Positions 20,348 to 28,153 of a stretch of 64,000 nucleotides of DNA are shown in pieces. This DNA comes from Gammaproteobacteria bacterium (GTDB lineage Bacteria; Pseudomonadota; Gammaproteobacteria; DATFLL01), in NCBI GenBank assembly GCA_035267785.1, contig DATFLL010000075.1, positions 41,579 through 105,578 of the forward strand, read 5' to 3'. The notes beneath the pieces are model-generated. The model saw only the letters and a list, made by a program, of their open reading frames with translations, made no database searches and was not told the origin of the DNA. A program made the translations under genes and the position numbers. Within the stretch, counting starts at the first letter, position 1. Every line of letters begins with the position of its first letter.

Positions 20348-20695
20348 GCGCGCAACCCCCTCGTCGGCCCGTGTGCCGACGTGCGTAGCAGCCGGTAGAG
20401 GGAACGCGTCATCGACGAACACGGCGCGCCATTCATGCCTCGTTATTGAAGCCGTATCGAATCGCCGGGATTGGAACGGCTGCATCGTCCCGGCCGGGCT
20501 GGCCCGGGGAGGGACACTGGTCCGGCAAATGTGATTCAATACATGACATGCGGTGGTTTGCACAATTATGGTATGAATGGATTAGACCATGAGTGAACCG
20601 GACCACGACCGGCGAAGGCGATCGGCTCAGGGTATGAGTGCATCGGAACCAATACGACGGGGGACGCACCTGTCAGGCGACTTGGGCGCGGGGGA

Positions 20696-21193
20696 ATGAC
20701 GTTGCGGCGTGTGACGCGGCGTTTGCGATTGGCGCTGTTCTGGGGCGCCGCTTTCGGTCTGTTCCTTTCGTGGGCGCCCGCGGCTCCGGCGGCGAGCGAT
20801 TCGGCGCATCCGGCGACCGAAGGGCGCGTGGCGCGCGCCTTGTTTACCACCGACGTGGTCAATCGCGAGCCGGTGGATCGCGTCCTGGTACTCAGTAATG
20901 CCAAGGACGAGATCTACTTCTTCACCGATCTGCGCCACATGCAGGGCAAGACGATCATCCATCGCTGGATGTACAAGGGCAAGGTGGTGGCGAGCGTCCC
21001 CTTCAAGGTCAAGGGCCCGCGTTGGCGGGTCTATTCCAGAAAGCAGCTGGATCCCAAGGAACTGGGCAAGTGGACGGTGATCGTCACCGACAGCAAGGGC
21101 TGGCCGCTGAAGGCGGGGATATTCCGCTATGTCGCCGCGGGTGGTTCGGGCAAGAACGCCCCCGTCATTCTGCCGCCAGACGCCGACGAATAA
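20696..21193 (+). CDS. Secreted protein, DUF2914-like
   Basis: Signal peptide LRLALFWGAAFGLFLSWAPAAPAAS. RWMYKGKVVASVPFKVKGPRWRVYSRKQL resembles the DUF2914 C-terminal domain (from memory). Confidence 0.5.
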   Translation: MTLRRVTRRLRLALFWGAAFGLFLSWAPAAPAASDSAHPATEGRVARALFTTDVVNREPVDRVLVLSNAKDEIYFFTDLRHMQGKTIIHRWMYKGKVVASVPFKVKGPRWRVYSRKQLDPKELGKWTVIVTDSKGWPLKAGIFRYVAAGGSGKNAPVILPPDADE

Positions 21194-21232
21194 CGTCGTC
21201 CCCTGTCTTCGAACGACTCTTTGTGTTGAGCG

Positions 21233-24200
21233 CTATTGGGCGCCGGGGTGGCCGGGTACCGGCGGTGCCGGTGTAGTGGACGTTGTTCCGGCCGGCGCGG
21301 ACGGTTCGGGCGCCGGGGCGGCAACGACCGGCGGGGCCGACGACGGCGCGTTGTCCGCCTCGCTGCGGGTGTCGTTGGCGTTGGGCCGCGCGTCCGGGGA
21401 TCCCTTGAACATCGGCACGCTGTTCAATTTCTTGCGCCACTCGCGCAGCAGCGTTGAGAACTCGCCTTCGGCCTGTTCGACCACCTTGGCTTCCTGGCGC
21501 GAACGCGCCTCGGCCAGGCGCGCTGCGCGTTCACGCCGGGCGGTGGCACTGTCCGCGGACTGTTCGGCCTGTCCGCTGGCGAGTCGCGCTTTCAGGCTGG
21601 ACCAGGGCACCTCACTGATGCCGTAGGCGACTCCGACAGCCACAACGAGCGTGGCGGCAATCGCGACGATGCCGCGCCGGGAGGGGCGGGGCGTCGACCG
21701 CGCCTTGGGGGCCGGCCGGTTCGTGCTGCGCTTGGAGCCGCTGCCGATGCTACCGGCGCCATAGGAGCTCGGCGAGGCCTCGAATACCGCCCGGTTGGCG
21801 CTCGGTGCCTCGGTTACAGTCGGCGCCGCTTCGGCGGCCGGCGGCGGGGCGGGACTGGCGGCAGGGGGCGGCGGGGCGGGTTTGACCTCCGGGGCGGGGG
21901 CCGGCTCCGGCTCCTCAATGCTGATGAATTCGTCTCCGAATCCCTCGTCATCGATCGTGACGGTCGCGGGCTCGGGCGAGGGGGTGGGCGGCGCCGCCGG
22001 CGCAGCCGGTGTCGCCCTTGGCGGGGGGATGTCGTTCAGCTTGCCGCCCGAATTGGGCTCGACAAAGACGAAGATGTCCTCTTCGCCTTCCAGGATCAGC
22101 TTATTATCCACCCGGCGCAGCCCGGTATGGATGGCGTGCTCGGCGCCGCTGCGCTGCTGGCGCCGCTTCTTTTCGACCGTTTGCAGGCGCTTGGCGATGG
22201 TCGCGGCCATTTGGCGCGCCTCTTCGGCTTTTTTGAGGCGCGATTCGGCCGTGGTCAACACGTCGGCTGCGCGAGACTCGGCCTGCTGTCGGGCGGCCTC
22301 GGCGGCCGCGGCTCGGCGCGCCTCCTCTTCGGCCCGTCGCTGGGCCGCCTCGAGCTCGGCCTGGGCACGGCGGGCCGCCTCGGCCTTGTTGCGGGCCGCT
22401 TCACGCATGGCCTCTTCGCGGGCCGCCTCGGCTTCCGCCTTGAGACGTTCGGCCTCTTCGAGGGCTTCGCGCCGCATTCTTTCGGCCTCTTCACGCAGGC
22501 GCCGCGCCTCCTCCTGGGCGGCCTGGCGGGCCGCCTCGGCCGCCTTGGTCTGCTCGGCGGCCTCCATCGCCTGGCGCCGGGCGGCCTCGATCTCGGCCTC
22601 TTTACGCGCGCGCTCCTCGGCCAGGATGCGTTGTGCCTCCTGTTCCGCCTCTCTGCGGGCCGCGTCTGCCTCCTGCTCGGCGCGTCGGCGTGCCGATTCG
22701 GCCTCGGCCTTGAGGCGATTGGCCTCCTCCAGCGCCGCCAGACGCGCGGCCTCCGCGGCCTTGGCCTGCCGTTCGGCCTCAGCGGCCTGACGGCGAGTGG
22801 CCTCGATTTCGGCCTCCTTACGCCCCATCTCCTCGGATCGGACCTTTTCGGCCTCGGCCTGGGCTGCAGCGCGGGTCTTCTCTGCCGCGGCCGAGCGCTG
22901 GGCCTCCTCTTCGGCGCGACGCCGCGCCGCCTCGGCCTCGGCCTTGAGGCGGTCCGCCTCCGCTTGGGCCGCCACACGGGTCTGTTCGGCCGCTTGGGAG
23001 TGTTGGGCGACCTGCTGAGCCGCGGCCTTGCGTGCGGACTCGGCCTCGGCGCGGACCTTTTCCAGCTCCATTTCCGCCGCGCGCAGCGCCGATTCATGGT
23101 TCTTGGCGAGCTTGGTCTGCTCGGCGGCTCGGCGCTTGATATCGCCGATCTCGTCTTTTTGTTCCGCTGCCTGGGCTTGGCGCAGGCGCTCGGCCTCCTG
23201 GTCGGCGGCCTGGCGCGAAGCCTGGGCCTCCGCCTTGAGTCGGTCGGCCTCGGACTCGGCTTGCTTCTGGGCCGATTCGGCCTGTGCCAGTCGTCTTTTC
23301 GCGTCGTCGGAGGAGCCGGCGGCCTTGCTCGGCGCGGCGGATGCGGTAGCGGCGGCCTGCTTGGCGCCCGTTTGCGCGGCGGCGCCCTGCAGCCCCTCCT
23401 CGAGGACGTAGGCGGGCAGACCCTGTTGACTCATCAGGAAGGCGGCGGCGCGGCTGCGTGAGCCGTCGTCGCAGTAGACGATATAACGCTGCTCGGCCTC
23501 GAGGTTGCCGAGCTTGAGCCTGAGCACGGACAGCGGGATATTGACGGCCCCGGGCAGTGCACCTTGATGGAACTCCTCCGGACCGCGTACGTCGACAAGC
23601 ACGGCGCCGCTCTTGGTCAGGGCGGGAAGGTCTTTGGCCGAGATCGAACGCAGCAGCGGGTTGACCAACAGCGCGTTGAAATCATCCTTGCTCAGGCGCA
23701 TCAGAACGCCGTCTTCTAGCATGGTGATGGTGGCGTTGCGCGTACCGCCGGTGATGAGCGCCTCTTCGCCGAAACCGTCGCCCACGCCCAGGGTCGCCAG
23801 GTTGACGTCCTTCATCTTGGGGGCCGGGCGGCGCGAGACCTGGCAGCGGCCCAGCTTGACGATGTAGTAGTACTCGTCCCGGTCGCCCTGGTGGATGATT
23901 ACCGTGCCCTTTTTCGCCGGGACCTCTTCCATGCGCATGATCAGCGCCTGGATGTTCTCGGTGGGCAGGTTGAGGAAGGCCGGCGATTGAAGGAAACGGA
24001 ACATCCAGACGCTGGCGTCGTCGTCGCCCGAGATCTCGGTGACCTCATAGGCCCCCGGCGGGCCGTCGCTCAGCAGGATTTCGAGCAGGTCGGTATCCAC
24101 CGAAAGAATCGTCGCGGCGGTCTTGGTGCGTGCCGTGCAGGTGCGCGGCAGCTCGGGCACCAGGGGCTCGCGGGCCTCGGCGGTCTTGGCCTTGACCACA

Positions 24201-24418
24201 CGGCTGCCCAGCTTGCCGTGGGCGGTCAGCTCGATCTGACCGGACAGGAGGTACAGCGCACGGCGATCGCGTTCGCCCTGGCGGAATAACAGGCGGCCGG
24301 CGGGCATGTCTTCGACTTCCGCCTTTGCGACGAGCTCGTCGAGCTTGTCGTAGCTCAGCGAGCCGAAGGGCTCGAGGGTCTTGACGAGCTTTCTGTCGAT
24401 GCTGGTCTTGGATGCCAT
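21233..24418 (-). CDS. Large multidomain membrane protein: two cyclic-nucleotide-binding domains, a catalytic rhodanese domain, a roughly 400-aa Ala/Glu/Arg-rich coiled-coil repeat region, a TM helix and a Pro-rich C-terminal tail
   Basis: CNB motif FGEEALITGGTRNATITMLEDGVLMRLSKDDF. Rhodanese LVDVRGPEEFHQGALPGAVNIP...YCDDGSRS. Repeats RLKAEAESARRRAEQEA / KEAEIEA(T/A)RRQA. TM RRGIVAIAATLVVAVGVAYGI. Tail rich in PAPxP. ATG at 24418 (MASKTSIDRKLVKTLEPFG). Confidence 0.8.
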   Translation of the reverse strand: MASKTSIDRKLVKTLEPFGSLSYDKLDELVAKAEVEDMPAGRLLFRQGERDRRALYLLSGQIELTAHGKLGSRVVKAKTAEAREPLVPELPRTCTARTKTAATILSVDTDLLEILLSDGPPGAYEVTEISGDDDASVWMFRFLQSPAFLNLPTENIQALIMRMEEVPAKKGTVIIHQGDRDEYYYIVKLGRCQVSRRPAPKMKDVNLATLGVGDGFGEEALITGGTRNATITMLEDGVLMRLSKDDFNALLVNPLLRSISAKDLPALTKSGAVLVDVRGPEEFHQGALPGAVNIPLSVLRLKLGNLEAEQRYIVYCDDGSRSRAAAFLMSQQGLPAYVLEEGLQGAAAQTGAKQAAATASAAPSKAAGSSDDAKRRLAQAESAQKQAESEADRLKAEAQASRQAADQEAERLRQAQAAEQKDEIGDIKRRAAEQTKLAKNHESALRAAEMELEKVRAEAESARKAAAQQVAQHSQAAEQTRVAAQAEADRLKAEAEAARRRAEEEAQRSAAAEKTRAAAQAEAEKVRSEEMGRKEAEIEATRRQAAEAERQAKAAEAARLAALEEANRLKAEAESARRRAEQEADAARREAEQEAQRILAEERARKEAEIEAARRQAMEAAEQTKAAEAARQAAQEEARRLREEAERMRREALEEAERLKAEAEAAREEAMREAARNKAEAARRAQAELEAAQRRAEEEARRAAAAEAARQQAESRAADVLTTAESRLKKAEEARQMAATIAKRLQTVEKKRRQQRSGAEHAIHTGLRRVDNKLILEGEEDIFVFVEPNSGGKLNDIPPPRATPAAPAAPPTPSPEPATVTIDDEGFGDEFISIEEPEPAPAPEVKPAPPPPAASPAPPPAAEAAPTVTEAPSANRAVFEASPSSYGAGSIGSGSKRSTNRPAPKARSTPRPSRRGIVAIAATLVVAVGVAYGISEVPWSSLKARLASGQAEQSADSATARRERAARLAEARSRQEAKVVEQAEGEFSTLLREWRKKLNSVPMFKGSPDARPNANDTRSEADNAPSSAPPVVAAPAPEPSAPAGTTSTTPAPPVPGHPGAQ
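22300..23400. repeat. Imperfect in-frame tandem repeats (about 150-nt periodicity) inside the large protein gene
   Basis: Recurring DNA blocks such as ctcggcctcggccttgaggcg(a/g)t(t/c)(g/c)gcctcc at about 22,690 and 22,930, with a diverged copy near 22,430. Protein-level repeats KEAEIEATRRQAAEAERQAKAAEAARLAALEEANRLKAEAESARRRAEQEA and KEAEIEAARRQAMEAAEQTKAAEAARQAAQEEARRLREEAERMRREA. Confidence 0.5.
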
Positions 24419-24601
24419 GTCGGCCGTGCCTGGTCTTACCGTGCTTGGGGGCGTGGTTCCCGCGACGGTGTGCGGGACGCGGCGCAAGGGCGCCGCTCGC
24501 CGAGCGCCGCGCCTTTTCAAACAAGCTTAGTCGCCCACGTCGGGGCGCATTGTGAAACACCTCACAAATGAATGAGATAGCGGCCCCATCTAAACAGCTT
24601 A

Positions 24602-25306
24602 CTAGAACCTGCGGGCGAAAAACATCTCTGCCCCGCGAAACTGGCCCCCATCGACCCGCAGACCGACGTGGCCGGTGCGGTCCACATTGACGTCCAGCCC
24701 CCCGAAATAGCCGGTCCTGGTGTCCTGGTGGAAGCCGGTTGTCCGGTTGACGCTGCCGCTCAGGCGCTGATCGCCGTTGAGGACGCCATAACGGGCGCCG
24801 GCGAACAGACGCAGCCGCGCGCTGGGGCGAACGCCCGCGACCACCTCGGCCCACGCCTGATGCCAGGTGAGGGTGATGTCCTGGTCGCTCGCCGGAGAGG
24901 TATCCAGGCGGTGGTAGCTGTAATGAACGGACACGGCGGCATCGAACCGGCGCGAGGAGAGCAGATGGCCGCGCAGGGCTATCCCCCCGTAGTAGCCGTT
25001 GGGCGCTTGGCCGGCGAGGTCCGGATTGTCTGCCTGGGTGATGTCTTCGTAACCCGCGCTGAGCAGGCCGTCCAGCCCGGGCCCCAGGCTCTGGGTCAAG
25101 GTCACCCCCAGGCGCTCGACGGTGCTGTCGTAAGTAACGCCGTCGTAACGCAGCCGGGTGTTGCTGCGCTCCAGGTGCAGGGCGAAATCGACCAGTTGAT
25201 CGCCGAGGTCGGGTCCGCGATAGGTGCCGGCCGCGGCGATGTTGGACAGGGCGCCCGACACGAGTATCAGCGCCAGCCAGGCGAATCCGATGGGATGTCG
25301 GTACAT
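24602..25306 (-). CDS. Outer-membrane beta-barrel protein (small OMP, OmpW/OmpA-barrel-like)
   Basis: Signal peptide MYRHPIGFAWLALILVSGALSNIAAA. Alternating amphipathic strands. Terminal aromatic ...FFARRF is typical of OMP C-termini. Lies upstream of, and on the same strand as, the large CNB protein. Confidence 0.65.
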   Translation of the reverse strand: MYRHPIGFAWLALILVSGALSNIAAAGTYRGPDLGDQLVDFALHLERSNTRLRYDGVTYDSTVERLGVTLTQSLGPGLDGLLSAGYEDITQADNPDLAGQAPNGYYGGIALRGHLLSSRRFDAAVSVHYSYHRLDTSPASDQDITLTWHQAWAEVVAGVRPSARLRLFAGARYGVLNGDQRLSGSVNRTTGFHQDTRTGYFGGLDVNVDRTGHVGLRVDGGQFRGAEMFFARRF

Positions 25307-25549
25307 GAGTATCCTCGGGAAAGGCGCGAGGGCTCGCCGCGATGGACGGGTCTGTGAACGGGCGCCGCGCGGCAACGATCCATCATAGCATTCGTGCGAG
25401 CGCGTTGGATCGACGCCCCGGCGGGCCGTGATCGTCGCCACAAAAATTTGTCACTCACGGGGTTTGCTTTTACGATGTACTCGGGCCTTCGGCGCAGATT
25501 GTGCGCGGCGGAGGCCGACCGCGGGTACTTGCGGCAGGAGAGGGAGGAC

Positions 25550-26854
25550 ATGCGCAGAGAAAAGTTTGAGCCGTTGGGTGTGCCGGATATCGCGGACAGA
25601 GGCGCTGACTGGTCCAAGTCAACCGAACAGGAGCCGCGGGGCGGGCGGGTCACCGCCCTGGACCGCCGGCTTGCGCGCCAGCTGTTGGCGGCGGTCGGCT
25701 CGCCCCCGTTTCGCCTTGTGCTTTGGAACGGCGAGACGGTCGCCGGTTCCGACGACAAGAACAGCCTCGTCGTGCGTTTCCGGGATCGCGGCGCGATGTT
25801 GGGCCTGCTTTACGATCCCGAACTGCGCTTCGGGGACCTCTACAGCTCGGGGCGCATCGACGTTGAGGGCGACCTGCTCGAGTTCGTCGAAACAGCCTAC
25901 CGCGCGCTGGATGTGAAGCTCGCCCACAGCCCATGGCACCATCGCCTGTCTCGGCTGCGCAACCGCCCGCGCAGCAACAGCCTGACCGGTTCGCGTAGCA
26001 ACATCCATCACCATTACGACCTGGGTAACGAGTTCTATCGGCTGTGGCTGGATCGCGAGGTGATGCAGTACACCTGCGCCTATTACCCGGACCCGACCAT
26101 GACCCTGGAGCAGGCGCAGGTGGCCAAGCTGCACCACGTCTGCCGCAAGCTGCGCCTGCAGCCGGGGCAGACGGTCGCCGAGGCCGGTTGCGGCTGGGGT
26201 GGTCTGGCGCGCTTCATGGCCAAGCATTACGGCGTCAAGGTACGCGCCTACAATATCTCCCACGAGCAGGTCAGTTTCGCCCGTGAGCGTGCGGCCGAGG
26301 AGGGGCTGGCCGAGCGTGTCGAGTACGTCGAAGACGACTACCGCAACATTCGCGGCGATTTCGATGTCTTCGTCTCGGTGGGTATGCTCGAGCACGTCGG
26401 CACCGACCACTACCGCGAGCTCGGCGGCGTCATCGACCGTTGTCTCAAGGACGACGGCCGCGGCCTTATCCACACCATCGGGCGCAATCAGGCGGGGCTG
26501 ATGAACGCCTGGATCGAGAAGCGCATCTTCCCCGGCGCCTACCCGCCGACCCTGGGTCAGATGATGGAAATCTTCGAGCCCTGGGAATTCTCCGTGCAGG
26601 ATGTGGAGAATCTGCGCCTGCACTATGCCCGCACGTTGACACACTGGCTGGAGCGTTTCGACCAGAACCTCGACAAAATCGAGGACATGTTCGACGAACG
26701 CTTCATCCGGGCGTGGCGCCTGTACCTCGTCGGTTCGATTGCGGCCTTTACCACCGGCTCCCTGCAGCTGTTCCAGGTGGTGTTCGAGCGCCCGCGGACC
26801 AACGAGCTGCCCTGGAGCCGCGCTCACCTGTATGCGGGTGACCACCCGCAATAA
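25550..26854 (+). CDS. Cyclopropane-fatty-acyl-phospholipid synthase family SAM-dependent methyltransferase
   Basis: VAEAGCGWGGLARFMAKHYGVKVRAYNISHEQ ... FDVFVSVGMLEHVG ... IEKRIFPGAYPPTL. Cfa/mycolic-acid-methyltransferase fold, 435 aa. RBS GAGAGGGAGG. Confidence 0.85.
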   Translation: MRREKFEPLGVPDIADRGADWSKSTEQEPRGGRVTALDRRLARQLLAAVGSPPFRLVLWNGETVAGSDDKNSLVVRFRDRGAMLGLLYDPELRFGDLYSSGRIDVEGDLLEFVETAYRALDVKLAHSPWHHRLSRLRNRPRSNSLTGSRSNIHHHYDLGNEFYRLWLDREVMQYTCAYYPDPTMTLEQAQVAKLHHVCRKLRLQPGQTVAEAGCGWGGLARFMAKHYGVKVRAYNISHEQVSFARERAAEEGLAERVEYVEDDYRNIRGDFDVFVSVGMLEHVGTDHYRELGGVIDRCLKDDGRGLIHTIGRNQAGLMNAWIEKRIFPGAYPPTLGQMMEIFEPWEFSVQDVENLRLHYARTLTHWLERFDQNLDKIEDMFDERFIRAWRLYLVGSIAAFTTGSLQLFQVVFERPRTNELPWSRAHLYAGDHPQ

Positions 26855-26878
26855 GCTTTGGAGGTCGCCAGGAGTTCC

Positions 26879-28024
26879 ATGGAAACGACGGATGTCTTGA
26901 TCGTCGGCGGCGGGCCAGCGGGGTCGACCCTGGCCTGGCGCCTGCGCGATGCCGGTCTGCACGTGTCCATCATGGACAAGCGCGAATTTCCGCGCGACAA
27001 GGTCTGCGCAGGCTGGATTACTCCGGCGGTGGTCGAGGAGCTGGCCCTGGATACGGCCGATTACCGCAAGGAGCGGACCTTCCAGCCGATCCACGGCTTT
27101 CGCATCAGCCACCTGGGGGGCAAGGAGGTCGAGAGCCGTTACGACGGCGAGCCCGTGAGCTTCGGCATCCGCCGCTGCGAGTTCGACGAGTACCTGCTGC
27201 GCCGCGCCGCCGCCGAAGCACGCACGGCGCTGCGTCTGGGTGAGGCCTTCAAAGGCATGCGCCGCGAGGACGGCGCGTGGGTGGTGAACGATGACCTGCG
27301 CGCGCGTCTTGTGATTGGGGCCGGCGGGCACTTCTGTCCCGTGGCCCGGGCGCTGGGGGCCAAGCTCGGTTCCAGCGAATCGGTGGTCGCGGCCCAGGAG
27401 ATCGAGTTCGAAATGAGCCCGGCACAGCGCGCCGCCTGTCCGGTCGACGGCGAGGTGCCCGAGCTCTATTTCTGCCGCGACTTGAAGGGTTACGGCTGGG
27501 TCTTTCGCAAGGGCGACTGGCTCAACGTTGGCCTGGGGCGCGAGGACAATCACAAGCTCTCCGAGCATGTGGCGGAATTTCGGCAGTTCCTGATCGACCA
27601 GGGCCGGATCCCGTCGGATACGCCGGTCAAGTTCCACGGCCACGCCTATCTGTTGTACCTGCATGCCCCGCGGCCGGTGGTGGCCGACGGCGCCATGCTC
27701 ATCGGCGATGCTGCGGGCCTGGCCTATCCCCAAAGCGGCGAGGGTATTCGCCCGGCCATCGAATCGGCCCTGATGGCTGCCGAGGTGATCCGGGCCGCCG
27801 ACGGTGACTACGCGCAGGCACGTCTGGCGCCGTATCAGGCTCGTCTGACCGAACGCTTCGGTGATCGGCCGAGCGATGTCGGCATCGCCTCGCTGCTGCC
27901 CGACGGGCTCAAGCAGTTCATCGCCTCCCGCCTGCTTGCCACCCGCTGGTTCACCCGCGGCGTGGTCATGGACCGCTGGTTTCTGCATACCCATCAGCCC
28001 GTTCTGCGCGTCGGTACCGCCTGA
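26879..28024 (+). CDS. FAD-dependent oxidoreductase (geranylgeranyl-reductase-like family)
   Basis: DVLIVGGGPAGSTLAWRLRDAGLHVSIMDKREFPRDKVCAGWI is a GxGxxG dinucleotide fold. Starts 25 nt after the cfa-like stop, suggesting an operon. Confidence 0.8.
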   Translation: METTDVLIVGGGPAGSTLAWRLRDAGLHVSIMDKREFPRDKVCAGWITPAVVEELALDTADYRKERTFQPIHGFRISHLGGKEVESRYDGEPVSFGIRRCEFDEYLLRRAAAEARTALRLGEAFKGMRREDGAWVVNDDLRARLVIGAGGHFCPVARALGAKLGSSESVVAAQEIEFEMSPAQRAACPVDGEVPELYFCRDLKGYGWVFRKGDWLNVGLGREDNHKLSEHVAEFRQFLIDQGRIPSDTPVKFHGHAYLLYLHAPRPVVADGAMLIGDAAGLAYPQSGEGIRPAIESALMAAEVIRAADGDYAQARLAPYQARLTERFGDRPSDVGIASLLPDGLKQFIASRLLATRWFTRGVVMDRWFLHTHQPVLRVGTA

Positions 28025-28153
28025 GGCCCGTCGGTCGCCCCCTCGGGTGCCGCCTGCCGGCGCAATGGCGTAGAATCCTGCCCTGAGTTCCCCACCAGGG
28101 GCCGGCGCCGGACCGCGAGCCAGGCGCCGGCCGAGCGCCGATCCGAAGATTCC

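Noticed and set aside
19457-20563. 368-aa minus-strand ORF over the NERD and TerB genes
   Set aside because: Antisense to two genes with domain signatures. No RBS or motifs.
22127-23461. 444-aa Gly/Leu/Arg-rich plus-strand ORF within the giant protein gene
   Set aside because: A reverse-frame artefact of the Ala/Glu/Arg repeat region. Low complexity. The coding strand is minus.
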